Assembly: GCA_963783305.1 (NCBI GenBank)
Contig: CAWAMW010000006.1
Coordinates: 136,490 to 200,489 of the forward strand
Direction of reading: 5' to 3'
Length of the DNA: 64,000 nt
Origin: an uncultured Gemmatimonadales bacterium
GTDB lineage: Bacteria > Gemmatimonadota > Gemmatimonadetes > Longimicrobiales > RSA9
Positions 1-10,469 of this stretch are shown one piece after another. Position numbers and translations under genes: made by a program. Each line of letters opens with the position of its first letter. The stretch's first letter is position 1. The notes beneath the pieces were generated by a model. It was given only the letters and a program-made list of their open reading frames with translations. It did no database searches and was not told the DNA's origin.

Positions 1-295
1 TCAGGTCCATCCGCTCGGGAACGGCTTCCACGGCCAGAGCGGCCTCCGCGGCCGCCCGTGCCGCGTCGGTGTCCGCGTGGAGGCGCCCGAGAGTGGCGTG
101 GCGCTGCTCCGGCGACACCTTCCCGCGCTCGACGCCGCCATCGAGGTTGGCGCGGATCCGATCGAGCCCCTCCTGGACGAGGGCTTCGGTTCGGTCGACG
201 AGCGTGGTCTCGGCGCCGGCCATGGCGGCGATCTGGGCGATCCCGTGGCCCATGGTGCCTGCGCCGACCACGACCACGCTGCGTGGAGCCTCCAC
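1..295 (-). CDS. 3-hydroxyacyl-CoA dehydrogenase, N-terminal part (runs off the window)
   Basis: Manual translation from GTG at 295: VEAPRSVVVVGAGTMGHGIAQIAAMAG...AVEAVPERMDL. Shows a Rossmann GxGxMG motif and an EAVPE motif; not in the ORF track. Confidence 0.85.
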   Translation of the reverse strand, partial: MEAPRSVVVVGAGTMGHGIAQIAAMAGAETTLVDRTEALVQEGLDRIRANLDGGVERGKVSPEQRHATLGRLHADTDAARAAAEAALAVEAVPERMDL

Positions 296-297
296 GA

Positions 298-1086
298 TCA
301 GCCTCCGAAGCGGGGCGCGCGCTTCTCCATGAAGGCGCGGATGCCCTCGGCAAAAGCGGGATTTTCGAAGGCGCGGACCTGCGCGGCGGCCTCCATCTCC
401 AGGATCTCGTCCAGGTCCGCAGCGAGACTGCGCCGCAGCGTCCGCTTGGCATCGGCGATGACGTGGGGTGGGCCGCCGGCGATCTGGCCGGCGAGCCCCC
501 GCACGGTGGCCTCGAGGTCGTCGGCGGGGACCACGCGGTTGACCAGGCCCAGCCGCTCCGCCCGCTTCGCGTTGATCATTCCGCCAGTGAAGACCAGTTC
601 GGCGGCCAGCGCGGAGCCGATGAGGCGCGGCAGGAAGTACGCGCCGCCCCAGTCGGGGTGGAGGCCGACGCGGGTGAAGGTGAGCCCGATGCTCGCGTGC
701 CGGCTGGCAATCCGGATGTCGCAGGCCAGCGCCAGTGAAGCCCCGGCTCCGGCCGCGGCGCCATTGAGCGCCGCAATGACCGGTTTGTCCATCTGGTCGA
801 TCCGGCGCACGATACGCATTCCCGTGCGCACCAGCTCCTCGAATCGGCCGGCGTCTCCGGATTCCGCCAGCTCGGACATGTACTGGACGTCGCCTCCGGT
901 GGAGAAGGCGCGGCCGGATCCGGTGATCGCGACGCAGCGAATCTGGCGATCCGCATCGAGGTCCATGAGCGCCTGGTCCAGCCGGTCGCGCATGTCGCCG
1001 GCGAACGCGTTCAGGCGCTCGGGCCGATGTAGCCTGATCCACCCGAGGTTCCCATCCCGCTCGACCCGGATCGTATCCTCGCTCAT
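298..1086 (-). CDS. enoyl-CoA hydratase/isomerase (crotonase family, PaaG-like)
   Basis: [40 protein letters not shown] motifs; start MSEDTIR overlaps the thiolase stop. Confidence 0.9.
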   Translation of the reverse strand: MSEDTIRVERDGNLGWIRLHRPERLNAFAGDMRDRLDQALMDLDADRQIRCVAITGSGRAFSTGGDVQYMSELAESGDAGRFEELVRTGMRIVRRIDQMDKPVIAALNGAAAGAGASLALACDIRIASRHASIGLTFTRVGLHPDWGGAYFLPRLIGSALAAELVFTGGMINAKRAERLGLVNRVVPADDLEATVRGLAGQIAGGPPHVIADAKRTLRRSLAADLDEILEMEAAAQVRAFENPAFAEGIRAFMEKRAPRFGG

Positions 1087-2294
1087 GCTCCCTCCACTTC
1101 TATCAGCGTGGCAATGCCCTGACCGACCCCGATGCACATCGTGGCGAGGCCGATCCCCCCACCCCTGCGCCTCAGCTCGTGGATCAGCGTGGTCAGGATG
1201 CGCGCCCCGGAGCAGCCCAGAGGGTGCCCGAGGGCGATCGCGCCGCCATTCACATTTACGATTTCGGGGTCCAGCCCCAGTTCCTCGATGCAGGCGATGC
1301 TCTGCGCCGCGAACGCCTCGTTCAGCTCCACCAGGCTCACCTGGTCGATGCCGATGCCCGCGCGCTCCAGTGCTTTGCGCGTGGCCGGCACCGGCCCCAG
1401 CCCCATGCAGTGCGGCTCCACCCCCGCCACGGCGCTCGCCAGGTAACGCGCCATGGGGCGCACACCGAGCCGCTCGGCCGCACCACGCGACGTGACCAGC
1501 AGCGCGGCGGCGCCATCGTTGAGACCCGACGCGTTGCCGGCCGTCACGGTCCCCGCTTTCCGGAACACGGGTCGAAGGGCGCTCAGCTTCTCCATCGTGG
1601 TGTCAGGCCTCGGATGCTCGTCCTCCCGCACAACCGAGGGCGGCCCCTTCCGACCCGGCACTTCCACCGGCACGATCTCGTCCTTGAAGCGACCGGACTC
1701 CATGGCGATGGCCGCTCGCCGCTGGCTTTCCAGCGCGAACGCGTCCTGCGCTTCACGCGAGATCCCGCGGTCGTCCGCCACATTCTCGGCGGTGACCCCC
1801 AGTCCCACCGTCCACTGATCTGGGAACTCGGGGTTCACGAAGCGCCAGCCGAGCACGGTGTCCGCGGTCTCCGGCGCGCCGCGCGGATACGCGGAATCGG
1901 GCTTCAGCATGACCCAGGGCGCGCGGCTCATGGACTCCACGCCTCCCGCCACGAACACCTCACCCTCGCCCAGCAGAGTGGCATGGCACGCGGAGATCAC
2001 CGCCTGCAGGCCCGACCCGCACAGTCGGTTCACCGTCTGGCCTGCGACCTCGACGGGGTAGCCCGCCAGCAGCGCCGACATGCGCGCCACGTTACGGTTG
2101 TCTTCCCCCGCCTGGTTCGCACAGCCGAGGATCACGTCCTCCACCTCTCCCGCCGAGAGCCCCGTCCGCTCCAGGATCGCCCGGAGCGGGATAGCGCCCA
2201 GGTCGTCCGGGCGCACGGAGGCCAGGGCTCCGCCATGTCGGCCGACCGGGGTCCGGACGGCGTCGAGGATGACCGCGTCTCGTGGTGCGCTCAT
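1083..2294 (-). CDS. acetyl-CoA C-acyltransferase (thiolase, PaaJ/PcaF-like)
   Basis: [32 protein letters not shown] motifs; [10 protein letters not shown] is typical of PaaJ/PcaF. Confidence 0.92.
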   Translation of the reverse strand: MSAPRDAVILDAVRTPVGRHGGALASVRPDDLGAIPLRAILERTGLSAGEVEDVILGCANQAGEDNRNVARMSALLAGYPVEVAGQTVNRLCGSGLQAVISACHATLLGEGEVFVAGGVESMSRAPWVMLKPDSAYPRGAPETADTVLGWRFVNPEFPDQWTVGLGVTAENVADDRGISREAQDAFALESQRRAAIAMESGRFKDEIVPVEVPGRKGPPSVVREDEHPRPDTTMEKLSALRPVFRKAGTVTAGNASGLNDGAAALLVTSRGAAERLGVRPMARYLASAVAGVEPHCMGLGPVPATRKALERAGIGIDQVSLVELNEAFAAQSIACIEELGLDPEIVNVNGGAIALGHPLGCSGARILTTLIHELRRRGGGIGLATMCIGVGQGIATLIEVEGA

Positions 2295-2295
2295 G

Positions 2296-3765
2296 TCAGT
2301 GCAGGTCCACCCAGACGCTCTTGACCTGTGTGTAGAGCTCGAGGGCATGCCGGCCCAGCTCACGGCCGTACCCGGACTGCTTGTAGCCGCCGAATGGGGA
2401 CGCGGCGTCGAGGGGGTGGTAGGTGTTGATCCAGACGGTGCCCGCCTGGATACGGGAAGCGACGCGATGGGCGCGCTTCACGTCGGTGGTCCAGAGGGCG
2501 GCGGCGAGGCCGTAGATGGTGTCGTTGGCCAACTCGACCGCGGCGTCCTCGTCCTCGAACGTCAGGGTGGCCAGCACAGGACCGAAGATCTCTTCGCGGG
2601 CGATGGTAGAGTCCGGCCGCACGTGATCGAAGATGGTGGGCTCGAGCCAGTATCCGGCGCCCGCCGACTCCGCCGGCGACCGCCCCCCGCCGGTGAGGAC
2701 GGTGGCGCCCTCCTCGCGTCCCTTCTCGATATAACCGAGGACGCGATCGAGCTGCTCCTGCGATATCACGGGACCGTACCGTCGCTTCGGCTCGAGCGAT
2801 TCGCCCGGCTGCAGCTTGCCCACCCGCTCCACGAGCCGCTCCATGAACTCGTCGTGGATCGACTCCTGGACCAGGAGTCGCGAGCCGGCGGTGCAGCACT
2901 GGCCCGCGTTGTAGAAAATGCCGTTGAACGCACCCCGCACCGCCGCATCCAGGTCGGCATCTTCGAACACGATGTTCGGCGACTTCCCGCCAAGCTCCAG
3001 CGATATCTTCTTCAGCGTGCTCGCGCCCGCTCGCATGATGCTCTTGCCGACCTCCGTGGAGCCGGTGAACGCGATCTTGTCGACATCCTCGTGCTCCACC
3101 AGCGCAGCGCCCGCGGTCTGGCCGAAGCCCGGCACGATGTTGAGGACTCCGGGCGGGAGTCCCACCTCGTCGGCGATGACGCCCAGCTCGAGCGCCGTCA
3201 GCGGCGTCTGCTCCGCCGGCTTCAGCACCATTGTGTTCCCGCACGCCAGCGCCGGTGCGACCTTCCACGCGGCCATGAGGAGCGGGAAGTTCCATGGGAT
3301 GATCCCGCCCACGACCCCCACAGGTTCCCGCAGCGTGTAGTTGAGCACCCGGCCCCGGACGGGGATCGTCTCGCCCTCCAGCTTCGAGGCCCACCCCGCA
3401 TAGTAGCGGAACGCGTCGGCCGCCTGGGCAATGTCGATCCGCGCCTCCCTCAACGGCTTCCCGTTATCCATGGTTTCGAGCCCGGTCAGCGCTTCCGCCC
3501 GCGCCTCGATCGCGCGCCCCAGCCGCGCCACCACCTCGCCCCGGTCGATGGCGTCCATACGGCGCCAGTCGGAGTCGGGCGCCGCCGCCTTCCGGGCCGC
3601 GGCTACGGCCCGATCGACATCGGCCTTGCGCGCTTCGGCCACCGAGGCGATCACCTCGCCGGTGGCCGGGTTGTGGCTGTCGAAGGTCGCGCCATCCTGC
3701 GCGTCGACCCATTCTCCGCCGATGTAGAGCTTGTCGGGAGCGTGTCGGAGGTCCGAGGTGGTCAT
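2296..3765 (-). CDS. NAD(P)-dependent aldehyde dehydrogenase
   Basis: [32 protein letters not shown] motifs. Confidence 0.95.
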   Translation of the reverse strand: MTTSDLRHAPDKLYIGGEWVDAQDGATFDSHNPATGEVIASVAEARKADVDRAVAAARKAAAPDSDWRRMDAIDRGEVVARLGRAIEARAEALTGLETMDNGKPLREARIDIAQAADAFRYYAGWASKLEGETIPVRGRVLNYTLREPVGVVGGIIPWNFPLLMAAWKVAPALACGNTMVLKPAEQTPLTALELGVIADEVGLPPGVLNIVPGFGQTAGAALVEHEDVDKIAFTGSTEVGKSIMRAGASTLKKISLELGGKSPNIVFEDADLDAAVRGAFNGIFYNAGQCCTAGSRLLVQESIHDEFMERLVERVGKLQPGESLEPKRRYGPVISQEQLDRVLGYIEKGREEGATVLTGGGRSPAESAGAGYWLEPTIFDHVRPDSTIAREEIFGPVLATLTFEDEDAAVELANDTIYGLAAALWTTDVKRAHRVASRIQAGTVWINTYHPLDAASPFGGYKQSGYGRELGRHALELYTQVKSVWVDLH

Positions 3766-3897
3766 GGAGTCAGGAGTAGGAGTAGGAGTCAGGAGTAGGA
3801 GTCAGGAGTAGGAGTCAGGAGTAGGAGTCAGGAGTAGGAGTCAGGAGGGGAGCAGGGGTGCCTTGCCTCCTGCCTCCTGCCTCCTGACTCCTGCCTC
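3766..3897. repeat. intergenic short tandem repeats: ~6x GGAGTCAGGAGTA followed by an inverted ~5x TG(C/A)CTCC tract
   Basis: Directly visible; 3766-3847 purine-rich, 3864-3897 complementary pyrimidine-rich. Confidence 0.9.
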
Positions 3898-4740
3898 TTA
3901 CTTGCCCTTGAACTCGGGCTTCCGCTTCTCGATGTAGCTGCGGATCCCTTCCCGTGCATCCCCGCTCTGGAACAGCTGCTGCTGGAGCTCGCGCTCCACG
4001 GCCAGCGCCTCGGCGAGCGGCAGCTCCCAGCCCGTCTGGACCGCCCGCTTGATCATGCCGGCCGCCTTGCCCGCGCCGTTCGGCGGTGCGAAGCCACGGG
4101 CGTACTCGAGGACCTTGTCCTTGAAGTCATCGCTGGACTCCGCCTCCCACACGTCGTTGACGATGCCGAGATCCTTGGCCTTCTCGAAGTCGAACGTGGC
4201 GCCCGTGACCATGAGCTCGATGGCCTTCGACTTTCCGACGATCCGAGCCAGCCGCTGCGTGCCGCCCGTCCCGGGCAGCACACCCAGGTTGATCTCCGGC
4301 AGCCCGATCTTCCCGCCGCCCTGGCGCGCGATCCGGATGTCGGCCGCCATGGCGATCTCCAGGCCGCCGCCCACGCAGTGGCCGTTGAGCGCCGCGATCA
4401 CCAGCTTCGGCGTCTGCTCCAGCCGCTGCAGCGTCTCGTTCGCGTGGAGGCAGAAGCAGTACTTGAAGCCCGATGTCACTTCGTCGAGCATCTGGATGTT
4501 CGCGCCCGCGGAGAAGAACTTGTCTCCTCCGCCGGTCAGTACGATCACGTGCACGTCGTCCCGCATCCGGGCGCGCAGCACGGCATCGTCGATCTGGCGC
4601 ATCATGGCGTACGTGTAGGTGTTCGCCGGCGGGTCATCGAGGGTGATGACCGCTACGCCATCCTTGGCGCGGAAGTGTACCAGTGTGTCGCTGGCCTTCT
4701 TCGCCTCTTCGTGGGGATCGTTGGCACTGGCGTCCGCCAT
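3898..4740 (-). CDS. enoyl-CoA hydratase/isomerase family protein
   Basis: FFSAGAN, NGHCVGGGLEIAMAADIR, GLPEINLGVLPGTGGTQRL; likely start MADASAND. Confidence 0.9.
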   Translation of the reverse strand: MADASANDPHEEAKKASDTLVHFRAKDGVAVITLDDPPANTYTYAMMRQIDDAVLRARMRDDVHVIVLTGGGDKFFSAGANIQMLDEVTSGFKYCFCLHANETLQRLEQTPKLVIAALNGHCVGGGLEIAMAADIRIARQGGGKIGLPEINLGVLPGTGGTQRLARIVGKSKAIELMVTGATFDFEKAKDLGIVNDVWEAESSDDFKDKVLEYARGFAPPNGAGKAAGMIKRAVQTGWELPLAEALAVERELQQQLFQSGDAREGIRSYIEKRKPEFKGK

Positions 4741-4938
4741 TGCTTCGCCTCCGTATGTAGTGCGGAATGTGTGCGGGAAAAGAGCGACGCACCGGTCGGG
4801 GGCCGAGGGCGCATCCACCGCTGGAACAGACGCGTAACCTACGGGACGGCGGAAGCCGCGGTCAACCCCGCTCCGCTTGCCGGATGTCGCTGTCGGGAAT
4901 AGCTTTCGAGCACGATCCAACCCCTGCGAAAGCGGCCC

Positions 4939-5667
4939 GTGCGACACAGGTTCCTCCTGCCCATCATGCTGGCGCTGCCCCTCGCCGTCCTGGGCGCGTG
5001 TGGCGATGCCATCACAGACCCCGAGGGACTCATCGAGTCCGCCGAGGCGGAGGCCGTAATGCGCTCCGCCGAAGCCCTGCCGCTGCTCTCCGAGTTCCTC
5101 GACATGGGCGCCGACGCGGGACCCCGGCACCGGGCCATGCTCCAGAGCGCGCGTGAGCTGTGGGACGCCGGGACCGCAGGCGACGATCCCCGGGCGGCGG
5201 CCCGCCGCCGGCTGGCAGTGGGGTATGCCCTTCCGGTCCTGCTCGAGGTCGTTCCGCCAGAGGAGTGGACGGCGTCGCGCGAACGGATCGACGCATGGCT
5301 GGTCACCGTCAACTCCATGATGCAGCACCTGTCCCTGCCGCCGGTGGAGGCCCGAATCGAGGCCGCCCGGCACCAGTTGAGCCGCTCCGATGCGGCCGTG
5401 AGCGAGCGCAGTCGCGCCTACCACCTGCTCCTGGCCGGCTCAGAGCTGGTGGAGACCACGCCCCGCTACGTCGCCCGCACGATGGTGCTGGATGCGGCGC
5501 GGGCGGTGGCTCGCGCGTCCGAGGTGACGGCCGATCCGATCCAGGCAACGACGCTGCGACGTGCGCAGCGTTTGAAAGACTGGTCGGCTACCGCCGTAGA
5601 GGAGGGTGAGTACCTGCTCGCGATTCAGCGCGCGTACTACGCCATTCAACTGGTGGAGGAGCGATGA
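4939..5667 (+). CDS. hypothetical lipoprotein
   Basis: Signal peptide with lipobox LGAC; overlaps the nfeD start. Confidence 0.7.
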   Translation: MRHRFLLPIMLALPLAVLGACGDAITDPEGLIESAEAEAVMRSAEALPLLSEFLDMGADAGPRHRAMLQSARELWDAGTAGDDPRAAARRRLAVGYALPVLLEVVPPEEWTASRERIDAWLVTVNSMMQHLSLPPVEARIEAARHQLSRSDAAVSERSRAYHLLLAGSELVETTPRYVARTMVLDAARAVARASEVTADPIQATTLRRAQRLKDWSATAVEEGEYLLAIQRAYYAIQLVEER

Positions 5668-7124
5668 CACCCGGGAAGCGTGTAACGGCCGGATTCGAGG
5701 GCGCGGCGGTGAGGGGGCGGCGGATGGCGCTGGCCCTGGCGCTGGTTGCGATGGGGACGGCGGCCGGTCTCCTGGCGTGCGCTTCGGAGACCACCGGCCC
5801 GGTATCGTCGTCGGAAGTCTACCTGGTGCCCGTGACCGGTGTGATCGAGCTGGGCATAGCCCCCTTCATTGCGAGGAGTCTGCGGGAGGCGGAGGCCGCG
5901 GGTGCGGCGGCGGTGGTCCTGGAGCTGAACACGCCGGGCGGTCGCGTCGATGCGGCGCAGAACATCGTGGACGCGGTGGAGGGCGCTGAGGTGCCGGTGT
6001 ACGCATTCGTGAACCCGCGTGCCTTTTCGGCGGGTGCGATGATCGCGCTCGCGGCGGATCGGGTCTACATGAGGCCGGGTGCGGTGATGGGCGCGGCGAC
6101 GCCTGTGGGCGGCGATGGCAGCAAGGCGCCGGAGAAGATCGTGAGCGCCATGCGGAGCGAGATGCGAGCGCTGGCGGAGCGGCGGGGGCTGGATTCCAGG
6201 GTCGCCGAGGCCATGGTCGATGAGAGTATCGCGATAGACGGGGTGGTGGAGGCCGGCAAGCTGCTGACGCTGACCACGGAGGAAGCCGTGAGTGTCGGCT
6301 TCGCCCGCACTGCCGATGATCTCCAGGCGCTGCTCCGGGACGCGGGCATCGAGTCCACGAGCGTGGTGGAGGCCGACGTGAACTGGGCCGAGGCCATCGT
6401 CCGGTTCATCACGCACCCGGTGGTCTCGCCATTCCTCCTGTCCCTGGGCTTCCTCGGGCTGCTGGTGGAGATCAAGACTCCCACGTTCGGGCTGGCGGGC
6501 GCCGCGGGCGCGACCGCCCTCGCGCTCTTCTTTGGCGGGCACTACCTGGTGGGTCTCGCGGGGATGGAGGAGCTGATCCTTCTTGCCGCCGGCATCGTGC
6601 TGCTGGGCATCGAAGTGTTCATCGTCCCCGGATTCGGCGTCTTCGGGGTATTGGGAATCGGCGGCATGCTGGCGGGTATCTATCTGAGCATGGTGGGGAG
6701 TCTCTCCACGGCCGTCGACTACAACCAGGCGGCGCTCGTTCTCGCCGCCTCCATGCTCATCGTCCTGGTGAGTGTGTGGGCCATCGTGCGCACGCTGCCG
6801 GGGAACATGAGGCTCCGGCGGTCCGGCATCATGCTCGGTGAGGACACCGGCCGTGACGAGGGCTACCTGTCCGCCAGCGTGCGGAGTGAGCTTGTGGGCC
6901 AGCAGGGCACCGCCCTCACGGATCTGCGGCCGGCGGGCGTCGGGGGCTTCGCGGGCGAGCGCGTGGACGTCGTGGCGGAGGAGGGGTGGCTGCCTGCCGG
7001 AACGCCGCTCGAGGTCGTGCGGGCGGACGGCTATCGCCACCTGGTCCGGTCGATCGCGGATCCCGCGGCGGGCGGGGGTCCGGGGAGCGTAGTGCCGGAG
7101 CCGGAAACCGAATCATCCGAATAA
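5664..7124 (+). CDS. nfeD: NfeD/YqeZ-family membrane-bound serine protease
   Basis: NTPGG, AFSAGAMI ClpP-like motifs, TM segment, C-terminal OB fold (TDLRPAG). Confidence 0.9.
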   Translation: MTPGKRVTAGFEGAAVRGRRMALALALVAMGTAAGLLACASETTGPVSSSEVYLVPVTGVIELGIAPFIARSLREAEAAGAAAVVLELNTPGGRVDAAQNIVDAVEGAEVPVYAFVNPRAFSAGAMIALAADRVYMRPGAVMGAATPVGGDGSKAPEKIVSAMRSEMRALAERRGLDSRVAEAMVDESIAIDGVVEAGKLLTLTTEEAVSVGFARTADDLQALLRDAGIESTSVVEADVNWAEAIVRFITHPVVSPFLLSLGFLGLLVEIKTPTFGLAGAAGATALALFFGGHYLVGLAGMEELILLAAGIVLLGIEVFIVPGFGVFGVLGIGGMLAGIYLSMVGSLSTAVDYNQAALVLAASMLIVLVSVWAIVRTLPGNMRLRRSGIMLGEDTGRDEGYLSASVRSELVGQQGTALTDLRPAGVGGFAGERVDVVAEEGWLPAGTPLEVVRADGYRHLVRSIADPAAGGGPGSVVPEPETESSE

Positions 7125-7183
7125 TGGCGCGTCACCCGACGTCGCCCATTTGCTTCTTCAGAATACCAATGGAGGACTGAGCC

Positions 7184-8182
7184 ATGGAGGGAGCCTTTCT
7201 GACCCCGCTGCTACTGATCGCGGTGGCGCTGGTGGTCATCGTGCTCGTGTGGGCCGTACCCGTTCGGCTGTGGATCGAGGCGGTCTCCGCTGGCGTAAGC
7301 GTCGGACTCGGGGATCTCATCGGCATGCGCCTGCGGAAGGTCAACCCGGCCGGAGTGGTGCGGCCGCTGATCGCGGCGACGAAAGCCGGGCTCGACCTCA
7401 CCACGCGGCAGCTGGAGGCGCACTATCTGGCAGGCGGGCACGTGGACCGGGTCGTGAAGGCGCTCATCAGCGCCGACAAGGCCAACATCGAGCTGCCCTT
7501 TCAGCAGGCGGCGGCCATCGACCTCGCCGGTCGTGATGTGCTGGAGGCCGTGAAGGTCTCGGTGAACCCGAAGGTGATCAACACTCCCAAGGTGGCCGCC
7601 ATGGCCAAGGATGGCATCCAGCTGATCGCCATCGCGAGGGTCACGGTGCGCGCGAACATCAACCGCCTCGTGGGCGGAGCCGGTGAGGACACCATCCTGG
7701 CGCGCGTAGGGGAGGGGATCGTTTCCACCATCGGCTCGGCCCAGTCGCACAAGGCCGTGCTCGAGAACCCGGATGGAATCTCGAAGACGGTGCTGAGCAA
7801 GGGCCTGGACTCGGGCACGGCGTACGAGATCCTCTCCATCGATATCGCCGATGTGGATGTGGGCAAGAATATCGGCGCGGAGCTCCAGACGGATCAGGCG
7901 GAGGCCGACAAGCGGATCGCGCAGGCGAAGGCGGAGGAGCGCCGGGCGATGGCCGTTGCCGTGGAGCAGGAGATGAAGGCGAAGGTGGTGGACATGCGCG
8001 CCCGGGTGGTGGAGGCGGAGGCGGAGGTGCCGCGGGCCATGGCCGAGGCCTTCCGGTCGGGCAACCTCGGCATCATGGACTACGTGCGCTACAACAACAT
8101 GAGAGCCGATACCGAGATGCGCTCTGCCATCGCCCGGGAGTCGGAGGAGGACCCGGACCACGGCAACGGGCAGGGGGCGTAG
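7184..8182 (+). CDS. floA: flotillin-like protein FloA (YqfA family)
   Basis: [48 protein letters not shown]. Confidence 0.93.
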   Translation: MEGAFLTPLLLIAVALVVIVLVWAVPVRLWIEAVSAGVSVGLGDLIGMRLRKVNPAGVVRPLIAATKAGLDLTTRQLEAHYLAGGHVDRVVKALISADKANIELPFQQAAAIDLAGRDVLEAVKVSVNPKVINTPKVAAMAKDGIQLIAIARVTVRANINRLVGGAGEDTILARVGEGIVSTIGSAQSHKAVLENPDGISKTVLSKGLDSGTAYEILSIDIADVDVGKNIGAELQTDQAEADKRIAQAKAEERRAMAVAVEQEMKAKVVDMRARVVEAEAEVPRAMAEAFRSGNLGIMDYVRYNNMRADTEMRSAIARESEEDPDHGNGQGA

Positions 8183-8185
8183 CCC

Positions 8186-8902
8186 GTGGACCTCTTCGAG
8201 ATCCTGTTCGTCGCCCTCTTCATCCTGTTTCCGATCATGGAGCAGGTCCTGAAGCGGAAGCGAACACCCGGTCCCCCCGGGGACGAGGAGGCGCCGGACC
8301 GGCCGGACGAGGTCGGGCGCAGCGATGGCTCCGAAGGACGGGGTCGGGACTCCGCGCTGCCGCCGGGGCGGGAGCCCGGGAAGGCGTCGGATATGGTGCC
8401 CGCCGACCTGTGGGCGGTGCTCACGGGGGAGCGGAGCTCCACGGCCGGATCCGCCCCGACCTCTGGCGTCGAGCAGGCGGGGGCGGAGAAGCCGCGCCAG
8501 GAGCCCGGGCAGGAGTCGCGGGGAAGGGAAGAGTGGGTGCCCGACGAGGTCGCGTGGTCGCCCGCGCCCGCCCGATCGCGGCGTAGTGGATCGAGCGCTC
8601 CCTGGAGCATCGACGACGACTCCGTGCTCGAGAAGCCGGCGCCTGCGCCCGTCTCGCTGGAGCATTACGGGCCGGAGGCGTACTCGCTGGAACGGCTGGA
8701 CCAGGAGGCTGTGTCGCTCGAGCGGCCGGTGCCTTCCGCTGAGGCTCGACACCGGCAGTTTCACGCGCTCGTTGATCGGCCACCGACGCGGCGGCGCGCG
8801 CGCCGCAGCTCTCTGGGCCGCGCGCTCCGCAGTCCGGGTAGTCTGCGCCACGCGTTCGTCCTCACGGAAGTGCTGGGGCCGCCGAAGGGGCTGAATGATT
8901 AA
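8186..8902 (+). CDS. YqfB-like membrane-anchored hypothetical protein
   Basis: N-terminal TM, disordered middle, C-terminal LRHAFVLTEVLGPPKG; third gene of the nfeD-floA operon. Confidence 0.7.
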   Translation: MDLFEILFVALFILFPIMEQVLKRKRTPGPPGDEEAPDRPDEVGRSDGSEGRGRDSALPPGREPGKASDMVPADLWAVLTGERSSTAGSAPTSGVEQAGAEKPRQEPGQESRGREEWVPDEVAWSPAPARSRRSGSSAPWSIDDDSVLEKPAPAPVSLEHYGPEAYSLERLDQEAVSLERPVPSAEARHRQFHALVDRPPTRRRARRSSLGRALRSPGSLRHAFVLTEVLGPPKGLND

Positions 8903-9332
8903 CGATCCCGCCGAGCCCGTCTGGCGTCTCGTCCGTGTATTCCTCGGCGTCGGCGCCGGGATCGTGGTGCTGTTCGGACTCGTCCTGGTGACCGCCTGGG
9001 CCGCAACCATGGCCGCGGGGTTGGGCCCCGACGATGCCCCCACCAACCCGTATCTCGTCATGAACCTGGCGGGGAACGTCGTGGCCGCGGTCCTCGCCGG
9101 GATGGTGGCGGCGGGGGTCGCTCGAACCATTATCGCCCCCCTCGCCCTCGCCGGGCTGCTCCTTGCCCTGGGTGCCGCGGCCGGCGGACAGGCGGCCGCC
9201 GGCCAGCCCGCCTGGTATCCCGTGGCCGTGACCCTCATGGGCGCCGCGGGTGTGGCGCTGGGCGGGTGGGTGGCGCCGCGCCGCTCGGCCGGGGACACCG
9301 CCCCGGACCCTGCGCCTCACTCCGTCGCCTGA
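8895..9332 (+). CDS. hypothetical membrane protein (~4 TM)
   Basis: Hydrophobic helices; overlaps the previous stop. Confidence 0.65.
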   Translation: MINDPAEPVWRLVRVFLGVGAGIVVLFGLVLVTAWAATMAAGLGPDDAPTNPYLVMNLAGNVVAAVLAGMVAAGVARTIIAPLALAGLLLALGAAAGGQAAAGQPAWYPVAVTLMGAAGVALGGWVAPRRSAGDTAPDPAPHSVA

Positions 9333-9429
9333 CTCCGACCCGCCTCCCACACGGGTGCGCCGGGTCTGGCGGCTGGAGCGAGGCGGCCGCAGCCGTTATA
9401 TTGCGCGCCCGATGGACACAGGGTTGGAC

Positions 9430-9512
9430 GCCGGGGTGGTGGAATGGCAGACGCGGCGGACTCAAAATCCGCTGGGGGCAACCCCGTGTGGGTTCGAATC
9501 CCACTCCCGGCA
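9430..9512 (+). tRNA. tRNA-Leu (CAA)
   Basis: GCCGGGG/TCCCGGC acceptor stem, D loop TGGCAGAC, anticodon arm GCGGA-CTCAAAA-TCCGC, long variable arm, GGTTCGAATCC; CCA not encoded. Confidence 0.96.
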
Positions 9513-9514
9513 TG

Positions 9515-9554
9515 ACAAAGGGCCACAACGATTTACGTCGTTGTGGCCCTTTGT
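9515..9554 (+). terminator. hairpin terminator after tRNA
   Basis: Perfect 17-bp inverted repeat ACAAAGGGCCACAACGA / TCGTTGTGGCCCTTTGT. Confidence 0.75.
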
Positions 9555-10007
9555 TCTGCGGCTGTCGGAATAATGCCGACAGGCCGCTACTCTGGTACAG
9601 CCTGGGCCTGTGCGCGGTCGCAGACCTGCACCCGAGTTGCGGTGAGCGTGCACGTTTCGCCGCGCTGCTCGGCGGAATCCAGTTCGCTCCGTCGTGGAAT
9701 GTGGTGGAGCCATATGTGGGTGTGCAGGTCGGCTTTTCCCGCTATGACGGTCCTGTCGGCGTCAGTAGTGATTTCCTGGCCGCTCCGGGAGCCGGGCTCC
9801 GGCTCCGACTCGGGTCCCTTGGCGGCGCCTATGGGGATGCGTCGTACCTGTTGAACTGGGGGGCGGATTCCCCATCGCCGGTGCTGGCGTTTATCTGAAT
9901 CTCCGGTCCTTCTGAGTCAGGATGGACGGACGGGGCGAGACCCTGATCCGCTCGAGGGTTCCAAATGCCTACGTTCCTTTGTCGCACAACCGGAGTAAGC
10001 GCACATA

Positions 10008-10409
10008 ATGCTGGTCCGCACTCGCAGGCAGGAGAGCGATATTCACGGCACCGGACTCTTTGCGGCGGAGCCGATCCCTGCCGGCACCCCCGCCTGGCGG
10101 TTCACGCCCGGCCTGGATCTTACACTGCACCCGGAGACGGTCGGGAAGCTCGACGAAATGCCGCGGGAGTGGCTCATCACGTACGCGTACCTGGACATTC
10201 GAACCGGCCTCTACGTGCTGTGCGCGGATGACGCCCGCTTCATGAACCACTCCAACGATCCGACGGTGGGCGGGGATTGCGAGCAGGAGCCCGTCTTCGG
10301 CCTGGACGTGGCGCTTCGCGATATCGATCCCGGCGAGGAGCTGACGTGCGACTACCGCACGTTCGACAGGATGGACCGGCAGCGCTTACACTTCGAACCG
10401 TCGGGCTGA
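10008..10409 (+). CDS. SET domain protein (putative lysine methyltransferase)
   Basis: SDIHGTGLFA, RFMNHS, ALRDIDPGEELTCDY SET motifs. Confidence 0.9.
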   Translation: MLVRTRRQESDIHGTGLFAAEPIPAGTPAWRFTPGLDLTLHPETVGKLDEMPREWLITYAYLDIRTGLYVLCADDARFMNHSNDPTVGGDCEQEPVFGLDVALRDIDPGEELTCDYRTFDRMDRQRLHFEPSG

Positions 10410-10469
10410 GCGGGTCAAGTTCCTGCCGCCGCGGCCGACACTTCAATAGCAGACCTGATCAAGGAGCCG

